DNA of 64,000 nucleotides from Nitrosopumilus sp. (GCA_963667665.2 OY763927.2:544001-608000), one strand, 5' to 3'. Positions 10,171 to 20,222 are shown, numbered from the stretch's first letter. Numbers and translations: made by a program. The notes: generated from the letters alone by a model not told the origin.

Positions 10171-10875
10171 TTGTTAGATCTTTTTAGAATATTGTTATCT
10201 CCAGAGTTTTTATGGATACCTGGTATGATATGTTGTGTAATTGCGATGAGTGATAATTTTGGAAAACGTACCAGGACTATCTCTCTCCTAATTGCAGCAA
10301 TTATAGCGACATCCATTATTTCACAAAATGACTATATCGGGATAAATGCAATTGAGAATCTATATGAGAATAACAAAGATCATATTCTGTTTGATCTGTT
10401 GACAATAGTTGGTGCCATTGGATTTATTGTAATTCCTACCATCGGGATAATTCCAGCTATCATGCTTGTATTTTTTGTAAGAGATAAGATACAGAAAAAG
10501 AAACTTTTTGTATCCTTGCTGAAAAATTCAAAATTATGTCCTGGGGGTGTGATGTACTTTGATGTGAAATATTCAGGTAGTATGACTATGGGATTTTTTA
10601 CTGCAGATATAATCAACCATTTTGATGATTATTCCATAAAGTCAAAACATTACAATGATGCAAAACAATGCGGTACCCTTTCAGGAAAAGACGCCAGTTC
10701 TGGACTAAGGTGGAATATTCCTGATGATCTTATCCCAGGAAAATGCAAAGTTATCATAAAGGCAAGATGCACGATAAAATTATTTGGATTCTTTTTTCCA
10801 GTATCATATACTCTAAAGGAGCAAGAGTTGGAATGTATGATTTATGAAATGCCACAAGACAATGAAACTTTTTAA
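10171..10875 (+). CDS. membrane protein with C-terminal beta-rich domain
   Basis: Three hydrophobic segments then a soluble domain. Confidence 0.5.
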   Translation: MLDLFRILLSPEFLWIPGMICCVIAMSDNFGKRTRTISLLIAAIIATSIISQNDYIGINAIENLYENNKDHILFDLLTIVGAIGFIVIPTIGIIPAIMLVFFVRDKIQKKKLFVSLLKNSKLCPGGVMYFDVKYSGSMTMGFFTADIINHFDDYSIKSKHYNDAKQCGTLSGKDASSGLRWNIPDDLIPGKCKVIIKARCTIKLFGFFFPVSYTLKEQELECMIYEMPQDNETF

Positions 10876-10904
10876 AGACTATAATCATACAAATATCATA
10901 AACC

Positions 10905-11014
10905 CATCAGGGATGGGATTCGAACCCATGAAACCGAGGCACTCGATTAGAGATTTTCAATCTCTCGCTATACCGCTATATCGCTATATCGCTATACCGC
11001 TAAGCGACCCTGAC
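10905..11014 (-). tRNA. non-canonical tRNA-like gene: Ser-type body (long variable arm, G73), GAA anticodon, 24-nt repeat expansion in the D arm
   Basis: Acceptor GTCAGGG/CCCTGAT+G; anticodon arm AGAGA-TTGAAAA-TCTCT; variable arm AATCGAG-TGC-CTCGGTT; T arm ATGGG-TTCGAAT-CCCAT. Confidence 0.8.
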
Positions 11015-11119
11015 GAGTTTATTATTATTCATCATCATTAAAAGTATAACATTAAACACGAACCAGTCAAATTTTTATCAAAATATTTTATTTCTGAAAA
11101 ATTCTAAAACAAAATTATA

Positions 11120-11458
11120 ATGTTTGATTTAATACAAGATACAATCTCTGCCCTGTTGTGGCCTGAAAAGTCATGTTTTACTACTGGAGAGTTTTTGGGT
11201 TTTAGCGCAGGCATCATATTGGTGTGTATTGCATTTGTGTTTGGAATGGTACTACTGCCAGAATCAATCCTTGTCGTAATTGTTGTCATTGTATCATCTG
11301 TAATTGGTCTTGGTACCTTTATGGCCAAATTCTCCAGTCATTATCTAAAGGCAATATCGCTTCGTGGGTTTGGTTTTTTGATCTTTGTTGTATTGGCGTA
11401 TTTTATGGTGCAGATAGAGTCATTTCCTACAGAAGATACAATTGTAAACTGGCTGTAA
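11120..11458 (+). CDS. small membrane protein
   Basis: Three hydrophobic helices. Confidence 0.55.
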   Translation: MFDLIQDTISALLWPEKSCFTTGEFLGFSAGIILVCIAFVFGMVLLPESILVVIVVIVSSVIGLGTFMAKFSSHYLKAISLRGFGFLIFVVLAYFMVQIESFPTEDTIVNWL

Positions 11459-11475
11459 TTTTTACATCACCGTTA

Positions 11476-13563
11476 TTATAAATTCATACTGTCTATTTTT
11501 AATTCTGGCATTTCATATAATGTATAATTCTGGTTTAATTCTACTTTTGGATTCAAAAACTTCATAAAATTTTCATGATGTGCCGCTCTTAGTATGGAGC
11601 TAGGCATTACAAAACCTATGTGCCCTTTATCTTTTAGATATAGATCTACTACTATGCAAAAAAATAGAGTTGCTAACTCCATATGGGTATAAAGATATTT
11701 TTTTGATTTATCAAAAAGACCATACTTTTGACTACCCTCTTTTAGGAATTTTTTATAAGTTTCATTTTTCATTTTTTTAATTGTAATCCATGGTGGATTT
11801 CCCATAATGATATCTACTTTATTTTTTGATAACGCCATAGGTTTTGTAGCATTTTTAATGATGTATGGCCATATGGAATCTCTATCTTCATCAATTAACT
11901 TGATGAGTAATTGATAATTTTCAATCCATAGTTTCCTTGTTGGTTCTGATGAAATATTTTTTACTGCATTTCTAAAACCTTTTAAAAGATTTTCTCTATT
12001 CATTGCCAAAATTCTATCTCTAGATTCCTTTGGAACATTTTCATTTCGGAATTTTGCATCTTGGTAAGATTGAGCATGATCATGCATTTTTTTAATAACG
12101 TCATCTGTATTTGCTGTTTTACTAATTGTATCAGTTGGAATTTGGAAAAAATGTTTTTCTGTTGCTTGAATATCAAAAACATTTTTGCCACTAAATAAAC
12201 TAGATTTTTCAGATGGTAATTTAACAGAGTCACAAAGATATACGGGAATTTCTATGGGGTGTTTTTTATGATAGGGTAATTTTCCCAAAGCCAATAAATA
12301 ATTTGTTTTTGCAATAATTACTGCTAAAGGGTGTATGTCGAATCCTTTCACCGTTGAAAGTACATGAGTTAAGAGATCATTATCATCAGGAAATTCAGAT
12401 CTTAGTCTGTCAATTTTATATTTTATTGCTGAAAATAGGAATGTTCCAGAACCGCAAGAAGGATCTAAAACACTCTGTTTTGGATTATTTTTTAATAATT
12501 CATCAATACTCATTTCTGCTAGCCAATCCGGTGTGTAAAACTCCCCTAATTCTTGACGATATTCTGGATCAACCAACTCCTGATAAAGTTCTTTTAATAC
12601 ATCCTCGTTAATTTTTTCTAAATCATAAACCTCTACAATCTGATTTAATAATTTGAAAAGCATTGGATTGACCTTTTTATCGAAATGAGGATATGTAATC
12701 CATGTGAAAAAATCTTCTTCAACAAAATTATGTATTCCCCAACCATGAAAACTATGACCATGTAAAATAATTGGCATGTCTTTTTCTTGGAAAACTTTTC
12801 CTCCTGTTAGACGTACATGTACCATCAATTTTACTAATGTTGATAGGTAGGTATGCCTAATGAAAAGATCTAATTCTTCTATGGAATCCCCGTAAACTAT
12901 TTCTAAATATTTTGACCAATTTTGAAATTTTGTTTTAAAGAATTCAGTATCCTCAATTAATTTATGTAATGTCCATAATTCATCTTTGAATGTATTGTAT
13001 GTAGCACTCTTTAATCCAAATCTTTTTTTTATATCGTCAGATGTTGGAACAATATGTCGTTGAAGAAATAGATACGAATCAAACCAATTATAGATTTGTT
13101 GAGCATCATTTGTTTTATTCAGATTTAAAGAATCAGTTTCACGAACACCTATGACTTTAATTCGTTTTCCTGTTTCAGTATGAGAGAAAATAGGTTTGTA
13201 GGCCTTGAAGAGTATGCCGTCGTTTGCTATTCCTATGAAATCAGTTCCGGCATATTTTTCATGATAAGTTTGAAAATATTTTAGTAACTCCTCTTCTGCA
13301 ACTTTAATTGCAGTCGATAAATTTTTTTTAAATTCAAAAATCACATTTCCAAAAACTGCATCTATTCTTCCTCGTTTTTTCATATACACAGTTTTTACTC
13401 CATATTCCCATTCTATTTCAGCAGGATCAACTTTGAAAATATCATAGAGAAAAATTGCTGCAAAATATGTGGCTTTACTATTTTCTGATTCTTTTTCTTT
13501 AACTACTCTGCGATATTTTGATAAAACCTGTTCAATGATTTTAACAGGATTATGTGACAACAA
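11476..13563 (-). CDS. type IIG-like restriction-modification fusion (nuclease + N6-adenine methyltransferase), probably C-terminally truncated
   Basis: RID...FEFK nuclease motif; GEFYTP, DPSCGSGTF, NPPW; ends soon after the MTase with no specificity domain. Confidence 0.8.
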   Translation of the reverse strand: MLSHNPVKIIEQVLSKYRRVVKEKESENSKATYFAAIFLYDIFKVDPAEIEWEYGVKTVYMKKRGRIDAVFGNVIFEFKKNLSTAIKVAEEELLKYFQTYHEKYAGTDFIGIANDGILFKAYKPIFSHTETGKRIKVIGVRETDSLNLNKTNDAQQIYNWFDSYLFLQRHIVPTSDDIKKRFGLKSATYNTFKDELWTLHKLIEDTEFFKTKFQNWSKYLEIVYGDSIEELDLFIRHTYLSTLVKLMVHVRLTGGKVFQEKDMPIILHGHSFHGWGIHNFVEEDFFTWITYPHFDKKVNPMLFKLLNQIVEVYDLEKINEDVLKELYQELVDPEYRQELGEFYTPDWLAEMSIDELLKNNPKQSVLDPSCGSGTFLFSAIKYKIDRLRSEFPDDNDLLTHVLSTVKGFDIHPLAVIIAKTNYLLALGKLPYHKKHPIEIPVYLCDSVKLPSEKSSLFSGKNVFDIQATEKHFFQIPTDTISKTANTDDVIKKMHDHAQSYQDAKFRNENVPKESRDRILAMNRENLLKGFRNAVKNISSEPTRKLWIENYQLLIKLIDEDRDSIWPYIIKNATKPMALSKNKVDIIMGNPPWITIKKMKNETYKKFLKEGSQKYGLFDKSKKYLYTHMELATLFFCIVVDLYLKDKGHIGFVMPSSILRAAHHENFMKFLNPKVELNQNYTLYEMPELKIDSMNL

Positions 13564-13760
13564 GTAATGAATTGTATCCTTTAAGATAAATCAATGTACT
13601 TACTATATCACAATTTTATTAAAAACTGTTTTAGAATAATCCTATCATACATAAACACCCTAACGTAACGATTAACCAACCGAATGTAACACCAGTTTGA
13701 AATTGGAGAAATTAGTGAAATGCACCTAAGATGTAACAGTGTAAAAATGTTGTCTTAATT

Positions 13761-13806
13761 GATTTTAACGTGCACGACTAATGCACGTTAAGATTTTAAC
13801 GTGCAC
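13761..13806. promoter_or_regulatory. three copies of TTAACGTGCA (direct, inverted, direct), operator-like
   Basis: 13765-13774, inverted 13782-13791, 13796-13805; just upstream of GAGGTG and a TTG start. Confidence 0.55.
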
Positions 13807-13819
13807 AATGAGGTGGTTA

Positions 13820-14512
13820 TTGAAACAAAATCAAACTCAACAGGAATCATCTGCAAACTCAAAAACCCAACCAAATCCTAAAGGTAAAAAAATCTTAAGA
13901 TATTCGTTGGATCAAACTTTAAAGATTGGAAAGTCAATAGAAGAGAATAATGCTGGAAATTCATATAATCGAATAGATCTATGCAAATCATTAGACTTAG
14001 CCCCAAACGGTTCAACCTTTAGACTATTACTTGTAGCATCTAACAGATATGGTTTAACAAAAGGTAACTACAGTGCAGATAAAATTGAATTGACTGAATT
14101 AGGAAGTTCAATAGTTGCACCAATCAATGATGAAAATCAATCTAATGTAATCAGACAAGCCCTAAAAACCAACATATTAGGAAAGATAATTGATTATTAT
14201 AACAATAAACAAATTCCAAGAATCGAATTATTCAAAAACACATTAAAAAAAGAATTCCATGTTGATCCAAATGATGTAGATTTATGTTATGATGTTTTTA
14301 TGGCTAATGCAAAAGAATACAACTTAATTCAAGAAATAAAAGGGAAACGATATCTCAAATTTGATGATGTTTCTGTTAAACCACGAAGTCCAGAAGAAAA
14401 ATTTGAATCGTTAGAACAATTAGAAAAAGAAGAGCCAAAAATAAATGATGATGTAATAATTACAGACAAAGAGTTTCAAGAAAAAAAGAAAAATTTTTTA
14501 GATATGATCTAG
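13820..14512 (+). CDS. helical/winged-helix protein resembling the N-terminal part of TIR-like nucleotide-binding proteins, probably truncated
   Basis: FRLLL.AS..YGLT.G...A..I.LT.LG..IV.P pattern; TTG at 13820 after GAGGTG. Confidence 0.4.
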   Translation: MKQNQTQQESSANSKTQPNPKGKKILRYSLDQTLKIGKSIEENNAGNSYNRIDLCKSLDLAPNGSTFRLLLVASNRYGLTKGNYSADKIELTELGSSIVAPINDENQSNVIRQALKTNILGKIIDYYNNKQIPRIELFKNTLKKEFHVDPNDVDLCYDVFMANAKEYNLIQEIKGKRYLKFDDVSVKPRSPEEKFESLEQLEKEEPKINDDVIITDKEFQEKKKNFLDMI

Positions 14513-14600
14513 TTTCTGCTTTTCTAATGGCTTTGTATGTGCAACCTGTTGAAGCATAAGATAATCAAACATTTCACTTTAAATCAAAACCTTTCTGTAC

Positions 14601-14837
14601 ATGTTATTGAACCGCAAGGCAATATTTGCAAAAATATGTGACAAGATAGACTGTGAGAAAAAAGTCCTGGCAGATATGATTCGTGATGCAAAGCCTGCAG
14701 ATGAGTTTTACTTTGGAATGTATAGGCTGGTTTTTAATAGAACTGATAGTTCGTCAGGAAAAACACTATACTTATTGTCCTTGTATAGGAATGATTCCTT
14801 GGAGACTCGGGTATTAGTAGACATGTGTTGGTTTTAA
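14601..14837 (+). CDS. hypothetical protein
   Basis: 78-aa ORF with TTTAAA upstream. Confidence 0.4.
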   Translation: MLLNRKAIFAKICDKIDCEKKVLADMIRDAKPADEFYFGMYRLVFNRTDSSSGKTLYLLSLYRNDSLETRVLVDMCWF

Positions 14838-15065
14838 ATCTCAGAGCATTATTTTTGTCTGAAATAATCCCTAATAAATTCAGAAGGAATGTTTTTGTGT
14901 TTTTCTATCAGTTCATTATATTTCAGGTGATTCTGTCAAAACAGAGTTTCCATTCTTGGTGTTTTGGAATTGTGGCATTATAAGAAAAATAAAAAGAGAT
15001 TAGCACGCTGGCCTAACCTAACTAAGAACTAACATTGTTACTTTGTATTTTATAATAAACTTTGT

Positions 15066-15136
15066 GGGCCTGTAGCATGAGGGTCATACACCTAAGTAAG
15101 AACTAGGAGATTTGGGTTCAACTCCCAACAGGTCCA
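15066..15136 (+). tRNA. degenerate tRNA-like element (nominal anticodon AAG, short variable loop)
   Basis: Acceptor GGGCCTG/CAGGTCC+A; T arm TTGGG-TTCAACT-CCCAA; anticodon arm CCTAA-GTAAGAA-CTAGG with one mismatch; D stem GCAT/ATAC with one mismatch. Confidence 0.65.
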
Positions 15137-15310
15137 CACTACACATAATGTACATTTAGGTAAAAATTATTCAAGGAAATTTCTGAAATACCTAGCAACA
15201 GATTCTGAAACTTTGACTAATATGTCATTAGATTTTGGTTTGTCTTTCTCCAAATATCTGAAATTTCTTGATTTTATTTCCCCTTTAATACAAATCATTC
15301 TTGTATAGTT

Positions 15311-15934
15311 GTGCAAGTATTAGCAATAACTAGCAGATCCCTATTTAACACAAAGTGGATAAACCTCTCAATTAAGACGTTTTCCCCGCGCCAGTTCCTA
15401 TGCGGAGTAATTGGAGGGGTCAGTATTATTACGGCAATAATTGGAAAGATACATCCAATATTTGCAATCTTTGGAATTTTGATAATACTGTTTGGATTTA
15501 CACCATTTGGATTTTTGCCCACTGAAAAAAAGATTATCGCATTTGTGTCATTTCATACAAAAAAAAATGCCACTGCAAAAAAATCAAAAAAGCAGTACTC
15601 TACACTTGTAGGAATTGGGAAATTGAGTGTCGAGGAATCTTCTGATGAGAAACCACCACAGACAAAGAAAATACAAACAGTATATGTCGATGACTTGGAT
15701 GTGCCATATGTGCTAAATCTATCAACTACTGCCAAATCCCAGTTCATTCCAGTTACGATATTTTTCTCAGAAGGTGTAGATGAGATTCCCATTGCAAGCA
15801 CCACAACTGGCAGACATGGCAAGGTATCATGTACAGTTCTTCTCGAACAGTACGGGCAGAGACGTGTGAGGGTAACTGGTGATGATGACGGTACAACATA
15901 CTATGACGATACGGTAGTGTTTGAACGAAGATGA
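15311..15934 (+). CDS. PrgI/VirB3-like T4SS membrane protein
   Basis: FSPRQFL followed by two TM helices; next to a VirB6-like gene. Confidence 0.55.
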   Translation: MQVLAITSRSLFNTKWINLSIKTFSPRQFLCGVIGGVSIITAIIGKIHPIFAIFGILIILFGFTPFGFLPTEKKIIAFVSFHTKKNATAKKSKKQYSTLVGIGKLSVEESSDEKPPQTKKIQTVYVDDLDVPYVLNLSTTAKSQFIPVTIFFSEGVDEIPIASTTTGRHGKVSCTVLLEQYGQRRVRVTGDDDGTTYYDDTVVFERR

Positions 15935-17613
15935 ACAAACCCATCCAAACAAATCTCATTCCATTGCTTTACAAAAAACTAAACTCGCCATTGCCTGCAA
16001 TAATTCCCGGAGCTGATGCGGGAATATTAATTATAACTACAATTCTTTACACGCTCGCATATGTAGGTGTAATGTTTGTTTTGATTAGCGAGATTGCCGT
16101 GGGCTTTGTGGGAATCATAACTGATGTACCAAGCTTTGAGTTTGATATTGTAAACGGGGTGGAGACTGGCAACTTTTCATATCTGCTGCATTCAATCTTT
16201 GCCGAGATTGCACTTTACTTTTTTATTTTTGTGTTCTTGATTTTTGCAATCTTACTATTACTAAAGCAGGCCGAACTTGTCACATCTGATACGCTAAAAA
16301 ACATGATAAAGTCGGCAGGTATTGGAATTATAATAATTATGATATTTCCATATCTCTGGGATTCAATCTCTGATATCTCTGAAATGTCTGCCCTCTGGGT
16401 ACTAAACCCACTGTATTCATTTGATGAAGATGCTCCATGTATATCATCCAAGGATCCGCGAGCTGCGCAGCTTGCAGATTGGCAGAGAACCATGAAACAA
16501 AATTCCGTACCTCCGCTTGTACAATGGGATCCTAAAGAGGAATGTCTGCCGTCATTGAGACCCGACTATCTGTTCTCAAAGGCAATCTATGGGGCGACAA
16601 TTGATCTGGACTTTGAAGATGAAGCAGAGGGTGACTGGTGGAACATAATTGACAAGCTCACTGCATATACTACGGTAATAGCTCAGGGAATATTTGGGAT
16701 AATATTTGAGGGAGTAACTAGGGCTACAATACTGTTCTTTTTGGCATCAATGTCAGCACTTGTCGGGTCTGTGAGACATCTGCTCACTGATGTTATCGCA
16801 ATAGGGCTTCCAATATTACTGGTGTTGAGATGTCTGCCATTTGGTGGAATAGAAAAGATGGCAAACACCTTGCTATCGGTGTTTGTTCCTTTATTGTTTG
16901 TGCCATTTTTTAGCGCACTAATAATTACTGCAGGCAGTGCAAGTCTTCTTGACCAAGAAATTGAGACAGTCACCATATCCAGTGGAGATACAGTCATAAA
17001 CATTGCATCTGATAGATATCTGTTTTGGATGTATAGTATAGCTACTTTATCTCTGGCAGTAATGACTCCTGTAATGTTTGTCCCGATGCTGGGTTCGGTA
17101 TCATCCATGATGGGAAAGATGGTAATGACATCAACTATGACTGGTGTGATGGGCGCTACCAGCGCTGCACAGGGAATGATGCAGGGAGGTGCTGCCGCAT
17201 TCTCTGGACTTGCTGCTGGAGGAGCAGCTGGTGGAATTGGAAAGATGGGTGCCCTCAAATCAATGTTTACCAATCCCCGTTCCATGGGTGCAGCAATTGG
17301 AGGAATTGGAAGCGGTGGAATGGCTGCATCCAGGGGTGTGCTTGCAGGTAACTTGTCAGGTGCAGGCAAGATAATACCTGGTGCTGGCGATGCCAAGGGA
17401 TTGATTGGAGCTAGCCCAGCTGCTGGCGGTGCGGATAGTACTGCATATGCAAAGGGTAAGACACAGGCTGAGAGCATTGTATCAGACGGCAATACAAATC
17501 CAGAAGAAGATGAACACCACTTTAGCAATACTCCTATTAGCAGCACTAAGGCTACAAAGGGCAGTAATGGTGCCATGCCAAAAAATAATGATAGGAAATC
17601 TTCAACAGTATGA
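15931..17613 (+). CDS. VirB6/TrbL-like polytopic T4SS membrane protein
   Basis: Many TM segments and a Gly/Ala-rich C-terminal tail; VirB4 nearby. Confidence 0.7.
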   Translation: MNKPIQTNLIPLLYKKLNSPLPAIIPGADAGILIITTILYTLAYVGVMFVLISEIAVGFVGIITDVPSFEFDIVNGVETGNFSYLLHSIFAEIALYFFIFVFLIFAILLLLKQAELVTSDTLKNMIKSAGIGIIIIMIFPYLWDSISDISEMSALWVLNPLYSFDEDAPCISSKDPRAAQLADWQRTMKQNSVPPLVQWDPKEECLPSLRPDYLFSKAIYGATIDLDFEDEAEGDWWNIIDKLTAYTTVIAQGIFGIIFEGVTRATILFFLASMSALVGSVRHLLTDVIAIGLPILLVLRCLPFGGIEKMANTLLSVFVPLLFVPFFSALIITAGSASLLDQEIETVTISSGDTVINIASDRYLFWMYSIATLSLAVMTPVMFVPMLGSVSSMMGKMVMTSTMTGVMGATSAAQGMMQGGAAAFSGLAAGGAAGGIGKMGALKSMFTNPRSMGAAIGGIGSGGMAASRGVLAGNLSGAGKIIPGAGDAKGLIGASPAAGGADSTAYAKGKTQAESIVSDGNTNPEEDEHHFSNTPISSTKATKGSNGAMPKNNDRKSSTV

Positions 17614-18068
17614 CAGAATCTTTTACGCCTAAAACGATTAAATCCTTAAAAGCTCAGAAACCATATTATGTCATGTTAGCAAGACAGGAAAACGAAAAAC
17701 CAATAATTGAGATTCCCTTAAAGAAACACAAAACAATGGAGATCACGAATCTCAAACTGGCAGTATTTGATTCTAAAAATATAAAGTTGCGCATTCCAGT
17801 ACAGAATATTCGCTCTATTGTACCGCTAAAAAAAGACAAGATACGAATCCAGTATTACGAGCAGGTTCAAAACAATGATCCCATAGTGACATTCAAGCGA
17901 AAATATGTGGACTATGATCTGGAAAAGCCTGAACTTTCTGCCTTACAGTTGTGCCATAAAATAAAAAGTGGGCATGAACGACTAAACACATGGAGCAAAA
18001 ATGACAAGGGACTATTGTTACTACAGCCACAGATTTTGAAGACGCTGCAGATGTATGGAACTCTGTGA
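17610..18068 (+). CDS. hypothetical protein (3' end probably chimeric)
   Basis: Coupled to the VirB6-like gene; runs into the matrixin fragment. Confidence 0.45.
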   Translation: MTESFTPKTIKSLKAQKPYYVMLARQENEKPIIEIPLKKHKTMEITNLKLAVFDSKNIKLRIPVQNIRSIVPLKKDKIRIQYYEQVQNNDPIVTFKRKYVDYDLEKPELSALQLCHKIKSGHERLNTWSKNDKGLLLLQPQILKTLQMYGTL

Positions 18069-18427
18069 GTAATTCATGGTGGGACTTTACAAGAGATGAT
18101 TCAAGTAATGATGTAGAAATTGGCGCATGGTTTATGGGTTGGCATATATCAACATTAGCTGAAACCACATGGTATGACCATAATGGTTCTATGTTATGGG
18201 CTTTTGTAGATTTTAACAATGCTAAAGATTTTAGAGATGTTAATGTCTCTCAAGGGTGGTGGTCTTTTGACTATGAAACTGTTGCCATCCATGAAATCGG
18301 ACATGTAGCTGGTATCCATGATCATACAACAACAACAAGTTCTCCAATGAAAGCCTCAATTCCATCCAATAATGTAGATAGAACATTGAACAGTCATGAT
18401 AAAACAACAATTAGGGGTATGTATTAA
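18065..18427 (+). pseudogene. C-terminal fragment of a matrixin-like zinc metalloprotease
   Basis: HEIGHVAGIHDH and SPM Met-turn; no N-terminal part or signal peptide. Confidence 0.7.
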
Positions 18428-18428
18428 G

Positions 18429-18998
18429 ATGAATAAAAAACTATTACTACCTCTTTTGGTACTTGTTGTAATTCCTGTTCTTATATTTAGTCAACCAAAT
18501 GCTGATACAATAGGGAAACAATTTGCAATTGACAACCCAGGTATATCTATTGGTGTTAGTACTTCAGAAGAGGCTTTAACAGAAGAGCAAGAGATAAACA
18601 GAGCATCTCTTATTATTGAAGGAACTATCCTAGAAGCCAAACCATTCTGGAAGATTATCCATAATGATAAACCACCTAGAATTTACACCGAATTTACTGT
18701 TAAAGTAGACGATGTCATCAAAGGTGATATAAAATCTCAAACTATCACATTTGTAATTGGTGGTGGTGATTTAGATGGAATAATTTCTAGAACAGAGTCA
18801 GTAGATCTCACTGTGGGAGAACAAGTAATCTTATTACTTGGAAAAGATATCCATAGTATATTTGGGGACACATATAACCCAATATCTATCTCAAAATCTA
18901 TTTACAAAATTGAAGATGGTCAAGCAATAAACAAACTAGATGATAGAACAGGCAACAAAGACGACGTAAAAGAGAGAATATCTGATCTATTAAGATAG
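18429..18998 (+). CDS. secreted or membrane-anchored protein downstream of the protease
   Basis: MNKKLLLPLLVLVV signal; A.LII.G.I...TEF.V.V..V.KG beta-rich pattern. Confidence 0.6.
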   Translation: MNKKLLLPLLVLVVIPVLIFSQPNADTIGKQFAIDNPGISIGVSTSEEALTEEQEINRASLIIEGTILEAKPFWKIIHNDKPPRIYTEFTVKVDDVIKGDIKSQTITFVIGGGDLDGIISRTESVDLTVGEQVILLLGKDIHSIFGDTYNPISISKSIYKIEDGQAINKLDDRTGNKDDVKERISDLLR

Positions 18999-19069
18999 AT
19001 ATCCTTATTTTTTTTATGAATATTAATCAAAGAATTATAACATCATATAATAACATCTAATCATGCGAA

Positions 19070-19315
19070 TTGACTGCTGCAGGAATTGCAATCATGTTAA
19101 TATCTGGATGTTTTGCAATAGCTGATATATTCATACCTGGTTCAGATGATGCTCCAGACGAAAAGCCATTGTTTGGCGATTTTCTAATTGGTGCAATAGA
19201 TGAGATAATATACTATCTGAGATGGGCCGTATATCTGGCAATTATTGGTGGTGGAATGATGATAGGCATTTCACTGAGGCTGACCAATACAACACACATG
19301 ATGAAAACAAAGTAA
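19070..19315 (+). CDS. small two-TM protein, possible conjugative pilin-like
   Basis: Two hydrophobic segments; T4SS neighbourhood. Confidence 0.35.
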   Translation: MTAAGIAIMLISGCFAIADIFIPGSDDAPDEKPLFGDFLIGAIDEIIYYLRWAVYLAIIGGGMMIGISLRLTNTTHMMKTK

Positions 19316-19317
19316 TC

Positions 19318-19707
19318 ATGTTGTCCTCTTTTTTCTATACATGTATCACTGCCGTATCTTCTACATTTGCAGGAATATTTGTAAATGTGTTTTTCAATGA
19401 TTTTGGAATCATACCTGCCATAATATTTTATGCTTGTGCGTTCTTTACAGACTATCACTCTACAGTCAGGGTAAGAAATTTTACAAAACATGAGACAAAC
19501 CCGCTGTTTTGTATATTCTCAAAAAGACTCTCCTCTGGAATGTCATTTGGAATAATATTTGCAATAGGCATTGGAATAAACATCATATCATACGCTGTAC
19601 TGGCAGACCCAATAATATCATACGTTCTTGGCATGTGTCATCTGTGTGCAGCAGCAAACAACTATCACATATCTAAAAAAATCATACTGACGGATAATGT
19701 ATCATGA
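19318..19707 (+). CDS. membrane protein with E.NP motif (DUF5658-like)
   Basis: D..ST......E.NPL followed by TM helices. Confidence 0.45.
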   Translation: MLSSFFYTCITAVSSTFAGIFVNVFFNDFGIIPAIIFYACAFFTDYHSTVRVRNFTKHETNPLFCIFSKRLSSGMSFGIIFAIGIGINIISYAVLADPIISYVLGMCHLCAAANNYHISKKIILTDNVS

Positions 19708-20222
19708 TCCTAATGAATATCATAAACGTGAATGCAAAGGCTAAAATATCCGGGTTTGACACTGATGCAATTATTGATGGCATTACTAATGCAGAATACA
19801 GACCAAACGGATTTCCAGCTATTTGTATTGGCAGTGACTCAGGAATCACTATCTCGTTGTTTGATTCAGGCAAGATAAACTCAAAGCGTGCAAAGTCCAC
19901 TGATTCTGCCATACTGGCAATCAATAATTTTGTCAAAACATTAAAAAAACTTGGAATGAAAATATCCATTCTCTCTAAGCCTTCCATATATCTAATTGTA
20001 ACAAATGTATTCTATGAAAAAAGAATAAACATCAAATCCCTCAAGAGTTTACCGGAATTCAAAAAGGAGATAAAACGATTCAGCTCAATCCAACTTGTAT
20101 TTCCTAACAATGTCAATGTTCTGGCATACGAGAATTCATTGAGGGTTTCAGGGAATGACATATCACATATGATGCAGGTGGTAAACAGCCTGAAAAAACA
20201 CACAATTCCTGCGGTGAAATAA
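19704..20222 (+). CDS. tbp: divergent TATA-box binding protein (TBP)-like
   Basis: First repeat NIINVNA...EY.P..FPA.....LF.SGK....AKS...AI...L...G; second repeat degenerate; 172 aa. Confidence 0.72.
   Translation: MILMNIINVNAKAKISGFDTDAIIDGITNAEYRPNGFPAICIGSDSGITISLFDSGKINSKRAKSTDSAILAINNFVKTLKKLGMKISILSKPSIYLIVTNVFYEKRINIKSLKSLPEFKKEIKRFSSIQLVFPNNVNVLAYENSLRVSGNDISHMMQVVNSLKKHTIPAVK

Noticed and set aside
10905-11014. D-arm insertion as a bulge-helix-bulge intron
   Set aside because: The insert is a simple 8-bp tandem expansion and no BHB motif was evident.
13660-13750. Degenerate AAC-containing 5-mer periodicity (also ~15010-15035)
   Set aside because: Too short and degenerate to distinguish from low-complexity background.
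16683-17576. 297-aa minus-strand ORF
   Set aside because: Antisense shadow of the Gly/Ala-rich VirB6-like gene; the same applies to most short overlapping ORFs in the track.
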